Positions 38,645-47,800 of a stretch of 64,000 nt of DNA are shown here, one piece after another; positions within the stretch are counted from its first letter, which is position 1; every line of letters starts with the position of its first letter. Below the pieces are notes generated by a model that did not search any database, was not told where the DNA came from, and saw only the letters and a list, made by a program, of their open reading frames with translations. The stretch is from NCBI GenBank assembly GCA_021807105.1, contig JAKAPL010000005.1, forward strand, positions 6,178 to 70,177. Reading direction: 5' to 3'. The position numbers and the translations under genes are program-made. The stretch comes from Myxococcales bacterium. Its GTDB lineage: Bacteria; Myxococcota; Myxococcia; Myxococcales; JAKAPL01.

Positions 38645-39762
38645 ACGAGTTACGGGCGCTCTCCGAACGGCGCGCCGAGCTGGATCACTGCGCCTATTGC
38701 CCGAAGCTCTGCCGCCACACCTGTCCCGTCTCCGAGGCGACCGGTCGCGAGGCGCTCACGCCCTGGGGGAAGATGTCGGTCTCGTTCCTCGCGGCCGGCC
38801 GCGTCCGTCCTCCCGACGCGGCGCTCGCCGAGGCTGCCTTCGCCTGCACGGGCTGCGGCCGATGTCGCGATTTCTGCCGCGACCGGAACGACGTCCCCGG
38901 GACGCTGGCCGTCGCGCGCCGGGTCGTCGTCGCGGCCGGCCTCGCGGGGCCCGGCGTGCGGGCCCTCCTCGAACGCTTTCACCGCGACGGCAGCCCGGTC
39001 GGAGCGCTCGCGGGCGCGCCGGAGGCCTCGGGGGCGGAGCTGGCCTCGCCGCCGGAGGTGGACGCGTACTTCCCCGGCTGCACCGCGCTCGTCCGCGAGC
39101 GGTACGACGTCCTCGCGGCGCAAGGAGCGGGGCGCGCGCTGGGCCTGCCGCTCCCGCTCTCCCGCGCGGCCGGGCTTTGCTGCGGCTATCCGCTGTACGC
39201 GGCGGGCGACCACGACGCCTTCGCGCGCCACGCCCGGACGGTGGCCGCGAAGCTCCCCGCGGGCGGTCGCCTGGTCGTGGGCGATCCCGGATGCGCGCAC
39301 ACGTTCCGCAACCTCTACCCGCTCTTCGGTGTGGAGCCCCGCTGCGCGATCACCCCGCTGCCCGAGGCGCTCGCCGGAGGCCTCCCGAAGGCGCGCCTGC
39401 GGCGGCCGTTGCCCGAACGCGCCGTCTGGCACGACCCCTGCCACCTGGCCCGCTCGCTCGATTGCACGGCGGCCCCGCGGCAGATCCTCGGCCAGGCGCT
39501 CGCCGGCTTCTCGGAGCCGCTCCACGCGGGAGCCGAGACGCTCTGCGCGGGAGGGGGGGGCGCGGTCCCGTGGTCGATGCCCGCGGTGGCCGAGGCGATG
39601 GCCCGGGCGCGCGCGGGCGAGCTGTCGGCCGAGGCGCCGCTCGTCGTCACGGCCTGTCCGACCGCCAAGCGCGCCCTCCAGAGGGGCGGCACCCGTGTTC
39701 GCGATCTCGCGGCCGTCGTCGCGGCCTGGCTGGAGGTGGCCCCGAAGGACCTCCCGCCATGA
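38641..39762 (+). CDS. Fe-S oxidoreductase, GlpC/CCG-domain family
   Basis: CAYCPKLCRHTCP, CTGCGRCRDFC, YFPGC, CCG, WHDPCHLAR, TACPT. Confidence 0.85.
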   Translation: MNELRALSERRAELDHCAYCPKLCRHTCPVSEATGREALTPWGKMSVSFLAAGRVRPPDAALAEAAFACTGCGRCRDFCRDRNDVPGTLAVARRVVVAAGLAGPGVRALLERFHRDGSPVGALAGAPEASGAELASPPEVDAYFPGCTALVRERYDVLAAQGAGRALGLPLPLSRAAGLCCGYPLYAAGDHDAFARHARTVAAKLPAGGRLVVGDPGCAHTFRNLYPLFGVEPRCAITPLPEALAGGLPKARLRRPLPERAVWHDPCHLARSLDCTAAPRQILGQALAGFSEPLHAGAETLCAGGGGAVPWSMPAVAEAMARARAGELSAEAPLVVTACPTAKRALQRGGTRVRDLAAVVAAWLEVAPKDLPP

Positions 39763-40685
39763 GTGCCGCCGAGACCGTCGCGATCGTGAACCCGCGTTCG
39801 GCCGGCGGCGCGACCGCGCGCCTCTGGCCCAGCCTCTCGGGCCAGCTCTCCGCGGCGTTCGGTCGCGTCGACGCGCGCTTCACCGATCGACCCGGCGCGG
39901 CGACCCGCTTGACGCGCGAGGCGCTGCGGGAGGGGGCGAAGCTCGTCCTCTCGGTCGGCGGCGATGGGACCCACAACGAGGTGGCGAACGGCTTCTTCGA
40001 CGGCGCGGCGCCCCTCGCCCCGGAGGCGGCCCTCGGGATCGTTCCGGCCGGCACGGGCGGCGACTTCCGCAAGTCCTTCGGCTGGGCGGCCGACCCGGTC
40101 GAGGCGATCCAGCGGCTCCGCGCCGGCGGCCGGCGAAGGATCGATCTCGGACGGCTCTCGTTCACCGCCCCGGATGGCACGCCGGCGCTACGCCACTTCG
40201 TGAACGTCGCGAGCTTCGGCATCGGCGGCCAGGTCGACGATCGCGTGAACCGTTCGTCCAAGATCCTGGGGGGGCGCCTCTCGTTCGCCGTGGCCTCGTT
40301 TCGCGCCCTGACCACCTTCCACGACCAGAAGATCCGCCTCTCCCTCGACGGCGGCGCGCCCGAGGAGATGACAGTGACGAGCGTCGCCGTGTGCAACGGC
40401 CAGTACTTCGGAGGCGGCATGTGGGTGGGGCCGGAGGCGAAGGTGGACGACGGGCTGTTCGACGTGACGATCTGGCGCGGCCTCGGCCTCGCCGATTTCG
40501 TCCTGCGCGCCCGGCGCGTCTACGACGGCACCCATGTCTCCCTCCCCAACACGACTCTGGCCCGCGCGCGCCGTGTCCGCGCGGAGAGCGACGAGACCGT
40601 CCTGCTGGACGTGGACGGCGAGCAGCCCGGCCGCCTCCCGGCGACCTTCGAGCTGCTCCCGGGCGCGCTTCTGCTCGCGGGGTAA
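39759..40685 (+). CDS. Diacylglycerol/lipid kinase family protein (YegS/DgkB-like)
   Basis: IVNPRSAGG, GGDGTHNEVANG, PAGTGGDF, NGQYFGGGM, DVDGE. Confidence 0.9.
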   Translation: MSAAETVAIVNPRSAGGATARLWPSLSGQLSAAFGRVDARFTDRPGAATRLTREALREGAKLVLSVGGDGTHNEVANGFFDGAAPLAPEAALGIVPAGTGGDFRKSFGWAADPVEAIQRLRAGGRRRIDLGRLSFTAPDGTPALRHFVNVASFGIGGQVDDRVNRSSKILGGRLSFAVASFRALTTFHDQKIRLSLDGGAPEEMTVTSVAVCNGQYFGGGMWVGPEAKVDDGLFDVTIWRGLGLADFVLRARRVYDGTHVSLPNTTLARARRVRAESDETVLLDVDGEQPGRLPATFELLPGALLLAG

Positions 40686-40769
40686 GGCGGCGAATCGGGG
40701 CGGGCCTCGTCCGGTGCCCGGGCGCCGGCGACCGGGATGGAACGGATCCCGCAGTCTCCCACGGATCTC

Positions 40770-41414
40770 CTATGCTGACCTCCGGGAATGCACACCGTCG
40801 AAGAAGTGGACGGCTCCGGTCTCGAGCTCGTATTCGGCACCGACGACGGCAACCCGGCCGGCGATGACCAGGTCCTCGATGAGGCGACTTCCGTGGCAGA
40901 TCTGATCCACCGATGCCCGTACATTCACGCGCGCGGCCTCGCGGATGACGCCGTCGCGGTCTCCCGGGCGAACCAGCCCCTGGATGTGGGGTGCAATCCG
41001 GTCGGTGATGGAGCGAATGTTCTGGGTCTGCGGGCCCAAGCCTGTCTCGATCGCATTCACCGTGGCCGTGATCGCGCCGCAGCGGGTGTGACCCATGCCG
41101 ACGACCAGGCGTGTCCCGAACTGGGACGTCGCGAACTCGATCGAGCCCACGCCCGATGGGGCCACGATATTGCCCGCGATCCGCACGACAAATAGGTCGC
41201 CGAAGCCGGCGTCGAAGACGAGCTCGACGGGTATCCTCGAATCGGAGCAGCCGAGTACGATCGCGAAGGGCCGCTGCGTCTCCGTGGCCAGGCTCCGGCT
41301 CCACGCGCGCGCCTCCGACCTCCCGCCTGCCTCCCGGAAGCGACGATTGCCGTCGATCAGCCGCTGGAGCGCCTGCTCGGGCGGCAGCGAATTGGGATCC
41401 CAGGTGTGAGGCAT
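40770..41414 (-). CDS. Beta-class carbonic anhydrase
   Basis: LIDGNRRF, LGCSDSRIP, GDLFVVRIAGN, GHTRCGA zinc ligands. Confidence 0.92.
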   Translation of the reverse strand: MPHTWDPNSLPPEQALQRLIDGNRRFREAGGRSEARAWSRSLATETQRPFAIVLGCSDSRIPVELVFDAGFGDLFVVRIAGNIVAPSGVGSIEFATSQFGTRLVVGMGHTRCGAITATVNAIETGLGPQTQNIRSITDRIAPHIQGLVRPGDRDGVIREAARVNVRASVDQICHGSRLIEDLVIAGRVAVVGAEYELETGAVHFFDGVHSRRSA

Positions 41415-41421
41415 CGACTCC

Positions 41422-41895
41422 CTATCTCACCAAGGCGCCGGGGCGCTCCGCTCGTGGCCGCGCTCGGGCCTCGCGGCCCTCTTCCCGCTGGCCGTAGACG
41501 AGCGCGAGCAGAGACGAGACTCTCTTGTGTCGCTCAATCGGATGGCGCAGCGGAAGAGAAGCCCGTACCTCGTATCGATTCCGACGGCCGCGCCGGCTCC
41601 GCAGGAGGTAGCCGGCGCCCTCCAGGTCTGCGATAATTCGCTGAACGGCGCGCTCGGTGATGCCGACGAACGCTGCGACCTCGCGCATCCGCACCTCGGG
41701 CTCCCGGGCGATGCATAGGAGGACGTGCGCGTGGTTGGTCAGGAACGCCCAGGTGGTTCCCGAATCCTGCGCCTCGCGAGCCGGAGCTTCGCGCTGCCTG
41801 GACGCCTTGGGGTTCCTGCGAGCCGCCGTCACTGCGTCACCCCATCGAGGTGTCGAGATCCCTCTTGAGCCCGACCCGGCTGCAGCCTGGTCCAA
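41422..41895 (-). CDS. Winged-helix (MarR/ArsR-like) transcriptional regulator
   Basis: WAFLTNHAHVLLCIA, VGITERAVQRIIADLE, GRRNRY, LRHPIE; start uncertain. Confidence 0.8.
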   Translation of the reverse strand: MDQAAAGSGSRGISTPRWGDAVTAARRNPKASRQREAPAREAQDSGTTWAFLTNHAHVLLCIAREPEVRMREVAAFVGITERAVQRIIADLEGAGYLLRSRRGRRNRYEVRASLPLRHPIERHKRVSSLLALVYGQREEGREARARPRAERPGALVR

Positions 41896-42104
41896 GAGAC
41901 GCGAGGCCCTCCAGGGCGCGTTTACCTTCCGGCAATGGCTGCCTCTCCGCTTGCGGGCGAGCCGCGACTTGCGCTAGGAGATACACGACATGACAGTCTA
42001 TAGTCAAGCTTCGTTAACTTCAGCGACCCGCTAGCGCATCTCTACACGAGTTCATCATTTACAAAGGATCGGGAGGCGTGGTTCATGAGCCCGCGGGGCG
42101 GTCG

Positions 42105-42605
42105 ATGACGAACATCGGATCGAAGACCGGCCCTTGCGTGGCCATCATCGTGGGCAGCAAGAGCGACTGGGCGACCCTGCAGCGCGCCGCCGGCGTGCTC
42201 GACGAGCTCGGGGTCCCCTACGAGGCCAGGATCGTCTCGGCCCACCGGACGCCCGACTTTCTCTTTGAATACGTGGGTGGCGCCGAGGCGCGCGGCATCC
42301 GGGTGATCATCGCGGGCGCGGGCGGCGCGGCCCATCTGCCGGGGATGGCGGCCGCCAAGACGACCTTGCCGGTGCTCGGTGTCCCCGTGCGGTCCAGGGC
42401 CCTCTCCGGTCTCGATTCGCTCCTGTCCATCGTGCAGATGCCCAAGGGAGTGCCGGTCGGTACGCTCGCCATCGGTGAAGCCGGGGCGGCCAACGCGGGC
42501 CTGCTCGCCGCGGAGATCCTCGCGCTCGGCGACCCCGAGCTTCGCGATCGCCTCAAGGCGCGCCGCCAGCGGCAGGCCGCGGCCGTCCTCGAAGAGACGT
42601 TGTGA
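42105..42605 (+). CDS. purE: N5-CAIR mutase
   Basis: [41 protein letters not shown]. Confidence 0.96.
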   Translation: MTNIGSKTGPCVAIIVGSKSDWATLQRAAGVLDELGVPYEARIVSAHRTPDFLFEYVGGAEARGIRVIIAGAGGAAHLPGMAAAKTTLPVLGVPVRSRALSGLDSLLSIVQMPKGVPVGTLAIGEAGAANAGLLAAEILALGDPELRDRLKARRQRQAAAVLEETL

Positions 42606-43759
42606 CGCGAGTCTGGCCGGGCGGGACCATCGGCATCCTGGGCGGCGGACAGCTCGGACGGATGCTGGCGCTCGAGGCCCGCCGCATGGGCTATCGCGTC
42701 GCGGTGCTCGACCCCGAGCCCGAAGGCCCGGCCGCGCAGGTGGCGGACAGCCACGTCAGGGGAGCCTTCGACGATCTCGAGGCTGCGATGAAGCTCGCCG
42801 GAGAGAGCGACGTCATCACGTTGGATACCGAGCACGTTCCGCGCGAGCTGCTCGAGCGACTCGAGACGATGAAGCCGATGCGCCCCTCCGCGCGTGTCCT
42901 GCGCGTCATCCAGGACCGGCTCGAGCAGCGCCGCTTCCTGGAGGCGCTGGGCGCACCCCAGGTCCGGTACGCGGCGGTATCGGACGCGGAGAGTCTCCGC
43001 GCCGCGGCGGAGCTCGTGGGGCTCCCATCGGTTCTCAAGACCCGCCGCTCCGGCTATGACGGCAAGGGTCAGGCCCGCGCCGCGCTGCCGGTCGAGCTCG
43101 CCGGCGCGTGGGGGAGGATTGGAGAGGCTCCCGCCATCCTCGAATCGTTCGTCGCCTTCGAGAAGGAGATCTCCGTCCTCCTGGCGCGCGATGTCGATGG
43201 CGACGTCCGCTTCCACCCCATCGCGGAGAACGTGCACCGTCACCACATCCTTCGGACCAGCCGGGTGCCGGCACGGATTCCGGAGGAACTCGCCGCGCAG
43301 GCGCAGGCGCTCGGTGCCCGCATCGCGTCCGCCCTCGATCACGTGGGGATGATGGCGGTCGAGCTGTTCGTGACGCGGGGCGGGAGCCTTCTGGTCAACG
43401 AGATCGCCCCGCGCACGCACAACAGCGGCCACTACAGCTTCGGCGCGTGCGCGACATCCCAGTTCGAGCAGCACGTGCGGGCGATCTGCGGGCTGCCGTT
43501 GGGAGACCCGTCGCTCCTCCGTCCTGCCGTCATGCTGAACCTCCTCGGAGATCTCTGGCGGGACGGCCCGCCCTCTTGGAGCCCCGTGCTCGCGCACCCC
43601 GCCGCGCACCTCCACCTCTACGGCAAGCGGCGCGCTTCACCCGGACGCAAGATGGGGCACGTGCTGATCCTCGGCGAAGACGTCGAGCAGGTCAGCACCC
43701 TCGCCGAGACCATTGCCGCGGAGTTGGACCGCGGCGCATCCGCCGGACGCGATGGCTGA
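42602..43759 (+). CDS. purK: N5-CAIR synthetase
   Basis: [44 protein letters not shown]...GRKMGH. Confidence 0.96.
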   Translation: MTRVWPGGTIGILGGGQLGRMLALEARRMGYRVAVLDPEPEGPAAQVADSHVRGAFDDLEAAMKLAGESDVITLDTEHVPRELLERLETMKPMRPSARVLRVIQDRLEQRRFLEALGAPQVRYAAVSDAESLRAAAELVGLPSVLKTRRSGYDGKGQARAALPVELAGAWGRIGEAPAILESFVAFEKEISVLLARDVDGDVRFHPIAENVHRHHILRTSRVPARIPEELAAQAQALGARIASALDHVGMMAVELFVTRGGSLLVNEIAPRTHNSGHYSFGACATSQFEQHVRAICGLPLGDPSLLRPAVMLNLLGDLWRDGPPSWSPVLAHPAAHLHLYGKRRASPGRKMGHVLILGEDVEQVSTLAETIAAELDRGASAGRDG

Positions 43760-44723
43760 GGCCGGCGACATTGAACGGGCGGTCCACGTCCTGCGAGCGG
43801 GCGGCCTCGTTGCCATCCCCACGGAGACCGTCTACGGGCTGGGCGCAGACGCCGAGAACAGCACGGCCGTCGTCCGCATCTTCGCGGTCAAGGGGCGCCC
43901 CTCGAACCACCCGCTCATCGTCCACATCGGCAGCGCCAGCCAACTCGACGACTGGGCGGCGGAGGTGCCGGAGCCGGCCCGGCGGCTGGCCGCGCGCTTC
44001 TGGCCAGGCCCCATGACCCTCGTCGTCCGACGGAGCCCGCGCGTCCCGCTCGTGGTGACGGGCGGGCTCGAGAGCGTCGCGTTGCGGGTGCCGGCCCACC
44101 CCTTGGCGCTCTCGCTGCTTTCCGCGTTCGGTGGCGGAGTCGCGGCGCCGTCGGCCAATCGCTTTGGCGCGGTGAGCCCTACGAACGCACGTCATGTCCG
44201 CGAGGCGCTGGGAGATGCCGTCGACTTCGTGCTGGACGGCGGCGCCTGCGCGGTCGGCGTCGAGTCGACCATCGTCGATGTGACCGGTGACGCGCCCGCG
44301 ATCCTCCGTCCGGGGGGGGTCTCGCGCGAGGACTTGGAGCGGGTGATCGAGCGCAGGCTGCCGGTGAACCTCGAAGCCTCCGTTCGGGCCCCCGGCCAGC
44401 ATCCATCGCACTACGCGCCCCGAGCGAAGGTCTTCCTCGTCGAGCCGGATTCCATCCTCGCTGAAGGCGAGCGCCTCCAACGGTTGGGGCGCCGCGTCGG
44501 TCTCCTCCTGCCTGCTGCCTTCGCCCCCCCTCACGCCTCTGACGCCGACCAGGTCGTCATCGTGGCCCCGGACTCGATGGCGGAGTACGCACGGCGGCTC
44601 TACGAATTCCTGCGCGAGCTCGACCATCGCGGGTGCGACGTCGTCGTCGCGTCCTTGCCCGCGGAGGACGGATTGGGCCTGGCGATCGCGGACCGTCTCC
44701 GCCGAGCCGCGGGGCCTCGGTAA
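43752..44723 (+). CDS. sua5: L-threonylcarbamoyladenylate synthase (Sua5 type)
   Basis: PTETVYGL, KGRPSNHPLIVH, FWPGP, AAPSANRFG, GVESTIVD, APGQHPSHYAP linker, C-terminal SUA5 domain ending DRLRRAA. Confidence 0.93.
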   Translation: MAEAGDIERAVHVLRAGGLVAIPTETVYGLGADAENSTAVVRIFAVKGRPSNHPLIVHIGSASQLDDWAAEVPEPARRLAARFWPGPMTLVVRRSPRVPLVVTGGLESVALRVPAHPLALSLLSAFGGGVAAPSANRFGAVSPTNARHVREALGDAVDFVLDGGACAVGVESTIVDVTGDAPAILRPGGVSREDLERVIERRLPVNLEASVRAPGQHPSHYAPRAKVFLVEPDSILAEGERLQRLGRRVGLLLPAAFAPPHASDADQVVIVAPDSMAEYARRLYEFLRELDHRGCDVVVASLPAEDGLGLAIADRLRRAAGPR

Positions 44724-45199
44724 CATCGATCGGCTCGTCCCGGGGGAAGTGGGATAGCCCCTCGCGTTATCGAGGAGCTCACCCCATTTTCCCTTATCGC
44801 CGGCTTCCGTGAGGACCTGGTGAGCGGCCTAGGCTCGACGCGCGTTGAAGTCCTTGTAACGCCTGGAGAATCCCAACCGTTTCGATTTCGGTCGCTTTCG
44901 CTGGCCCCGCGCGAGACCGGCTTCCGGAGGCGTCATCAAGCTCGGCTAGCGCGTTAGCGAGCTTGGCTGGCGGGTTAGCCTACGAAGCTAACGCGTTGGC
45001 CTGCGAGGCGGACGCATTCGGCAAGGTTCCGGACGCCTCCGGCGACGGCCCCCGAGCAGCCGGAGTCTGACGCTCGGCGGGCAATACCCGAGGATCCCTC
45101 GCAGACGGCCACCCGCCTGCGTCTCCTCGGACAACCCTTGCCCCCGTTAGGAGGGGCCCAGGCCGGGCCGTGAGCGCGTACGGCCTGTAGCCGGCCGCC

Positions 45200-46186
45200 C
45201 TATCCCTGCCTTCGCAGCGGCATCCGCTGGGCGAAGAAGGCCTCGACGCGGCGGCGGGGCGCTCCTTCTAGGTGGGCGAGCGAGAGGCCGGCGCCTGCGC
45301 TGGCCCAGCTCGCGCTTCCGGCCTCGCGCACCCATTCGACCGGAGCGTCGGTCTCGATGGCCGCGCCCCCGGAGAGCTCGATCCGCAGCCGGACTCGCTG
45401 GCCCACGGGCGGCGGGCGATCCGTCGCGACGAAGACGCCGCCGGTCGCGAGGTCCCCCGAGGCGCCCACGTAGAAGTTGTGCTTGCCGAAGAGGGTGACC
45501 TCGACGCGAAACGAGCTGATCGGCCGGACCGGCGCCGGGGCGAGCGTGCCGACCTCGTCGTGGATCCGTTCGAGGACGGCGGATCGGCGGCGCGCGACGG
45601 CGGGCGCGGGCGGCCCCACCGGCGGGATCCCCGCCACGCGCGCCTGCTTGCCGCTCCGGGGAATCCCCGGAGGCGGCGGGGCCGCGGGCGGCGGGCGAGG
45701 CGCGGGCGGGTCGAACGTCAGGTCGATGTCGATCCCCTCCTCGGCCGCGGCGTCGGCGGTCGGGAGGGGCGCGGCCTCGGAGACGACCTCCGCCTCGGGG
45801 AGGAGTTGCTCGGCGATCACCTCCCCGGGCGAGTCGAGCAGGTCCCGCATCGCGATGATGCCCGCCGGCCGGCAGGCGGCGGCCACCCTCTCGATCGCCC
45901 GCCCGCCCCCGCCGCCGTCGATGAGGACGAGCTTGCACGCCCCGTCCTCGCGCAGGGAGGCGAGCGCGCGGGCGAGCGCCGCCTGCGGGACGCCGTCGAG
46001 GAGCGGATCGACGAGCAGGAGGTCGGGCCGGATGAGCCGGACCATGTCCTCGGAGAACCCGTCGCCCGAGGAGAGCGTGTCGACCTCGTAGCCGGCGGCG
46101 GCGAGCTCGCGGGCGAGCAGCGCGCGGACCGCCTCGTCCGCGTCGACCACGAGGACCCGCGGCGGCGTCTCGAACGAGAGGTCCAC
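45200..46186 (-). CDS. Atypical receiver domain plus C-terminal TIGR02266/PilZ-like domain protein
   Basis: RVLVVDAD...PDLLLVD receiver fold; C-terminal HNFYVGASGDLATGGVFVAT...VEWVRE...GAGLS. Confidence 0.75.
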   Translation of the reverse strand: MDLSFETPPRVLVVDADEAVRALLARELAAAGYEVDTLSSGDGFSEDMVRLIRPDLLLVDPLLDGVPQAALARALASLREDGACKLVLIDGGGGGRAIERVAAACRPAGIIAMRDLLDSPGEVIAEQLLPEAEVVSEAAPLPTADAAAEEGIDIDLTFDPPAPRPPPAAPPPPGIPRSGKQARVAGIPPVGPPAPAVARRRSAVLERIHDEVGTLAPAPVRPISSFRVEVTLFGKHNFYVGASGDLATGGVFVATDRPPPVGQRVRLRIELSGGAAIETDAPVEWVREAGSASWASAGAGLSLAHLEGAPRRRVEAFFAQRMPLRRQG

Positions 46187-46195
46187 GGCCGAAGG

Positions 46196-47233
46196 TCAGC
46201 TCCCCTCCGCCGGAGCCGGCCGCACGTCCACGATCACCTGCGCCTTCTCGAGGTCGGCCACGGCCTGCCGGAAGCTATGCATGCCGAGCGCGCCGCCGGC
46301 CTCCATTAGCCCCGGGAGGCGCGGGAGCCCCTCCGGGTCGCGCAGCGCGCCGGCCACCGCGCGGGTGCGCAGGAGCACCTCGACCGCGGGGACGAGGCCA
46401 GCGCCGTCCGCGCGCGGCAGGAGCCTCTGCGCGACGACCGCGCGCAGGGAGTCCGCGAGCCGGTCGCGCGCCGCCTGCTGCTCGCCGGCGGGGAAGAGGC
46501 CGACGAGGCGCGCGAGGGCGCTGGTCGCGTCGCGGGCGTGGGAGGAGGCGAGGACGAGCCGCCCGGTCTCCACGGCCTTCAGGCAGAGGTCGGCGGATTC
46601 GCGGTCGGGCAGGTCCGAGGTCATCACCACGTCCGGGTCCTGGCGCAGGGCCGCGGCGAGCGCGCTCCTGACGGACGGCGTGTCGGAGCCGACCTCGCGC
46701 TGGGCGATGACGGCCTTCCCGTCGCCGTAGACGAACTCGATCGGGTCCTCGACGGTGACGACGTGGAGCCGCTCGGCGTGGTTCACCTCGTCGAGCAGCG
46801 CGGCGACGGTCGTCGACTTCCCGTTGCCCGCCTCCCCGGCGACGAGGACGAGCCCGTCGCGGACGGCGGCGAGCGCCTGGACGGCCGCGGGGAGGCCGAG
46901 GGCGGCGAGGCGGGGGATCTCGAACGGGACGACGCGCAGCGAGAGGCCGAAGGATCCGCGCTGGCGGAAGAGGTTCACGCGGAAGCGGGAGAGGCCGGAG
47001 ACGGAGAAGCCGCGGTCGGCCTCGGGCGGGAGAGCGGGGCGGCGGGTCCCGGCGGGGTCCAGGACGTAGGATGCCGCCGCGCGGGTGTCGGCCTCCGTCA
47101 GGCGGGCGAGGCGCGCGTGGAGGAGCTGGCCGCGGATGCGGAAGACGGGCGGGTAGCCGGCGAGGAAGTGGATGTCGCTCGCGCCGCGACGCACGCCGAG
47201 GGCGAGGAGGTTCTTGAAAGCGTTGCGGTTCAT
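46196..47233 (-). CDS. pilT: PilT/PilU-family type IV pilus ATPase paralog (degenerate motifs)
   Basis: ASDIH, RFRVNLFRQRG, Walker A GEAGNGKST, TVEDPIEF, QREVGSDT, ALRQDPD. Confidence 0.85.
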   Translation of the reverse strand: MNRNAFKNLLALGVRRGASDIHFLAGYPPVFRIRGQLLHARLARLTEADTRAAASYVLDPAGTRRPALPPEADRGFSVSGLSRFRVNLFRQRGSFGLSLRVVPFEIPRLAALGLPAAVQALAAVRDGLVLVAGEAGNGKSTTVAALLDEVNHAERLHVVTVEDPIEFVYGDGKAVIAQREVGSDTPSVRSALAAALRQDPDVVMTSDLPDRESADLCLKAVETGRLVLASSHARDATSALARLVGLFPAGEQQAARDRLADSLRAVVAQRLLPRADGAGLVPAVEVLLRTRAVAGALRDPEGLPRLPGLMEAGGALGMHSFRQAVADLEKAQVIVDVRPAPAEGS

Positions 47234-47330
47234 GCGACTCCTTCGTGGGCGCGCCGAGGGCCCGGCGTTCAGACGCTAACGCGAACGAGCGAATCGTCCA
47301 AGAAAACGGCCGCGCGCCCAGCCCGTCTAG

Positions 47331-47509
47331 GAGGCTGGTGTGAAATGGCTGCCTGCTGCGAAAGCCGAACCCTTCACCGCGACGGGCGGCCTCGTCGCTT
47401 CGCTGGTGAACGGATTGCCAAGAGTACGTCTGACGCTGCTCACCCCTCGGACGCCCGTCTCGCCGCGGTCTCGGCGCTCTCGCGACGGCACCCATTGCAC
47501 ACCAGCCTC
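47331..47509. mobile_element. MITE family B, copy 3 (179 bp)
   Basis: GAGGCTGGTGTGAAATGG / CCATTGCACACCAGCCTC; CTAG TSD on both sides; lies between divergent genes. Confidence 0.92.
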
Positions 47510-47800
47510 CTAGAGAAGAGCCCTGCGACGGACCGCGGTGAGGGACGACTTCGCCCAGGGCCCCGATCGTCCGGTGTCCACGCCGGCTCGCGCCGGCCGA
47601 CGGCGGCCACCCCCACCCCGGCCGTCCCTCCTGCGCGGGAGCGGCGTGACGACGAGGATCACGGCCTTGCCCGGGTCCGTTGGGCGTCCGCGTCTTTCGT
47701 GCTAGCTTCCCGCTCGATGAGGTCCGCTCGGCCGGCGAAGGTCGTGACCAGGGACGGTGCGCCCCGCGCCGGTGGAGCTCTACGGGATCCGCTGCCCGGG

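Noticed and set aside
46538-47800. N-terminal extension of the vWA lipoprotein ORF
   Set aside because: Overlaps pilT on the opposite strand and reads through MITE B3; the signal peptide begins at GTG 47801.
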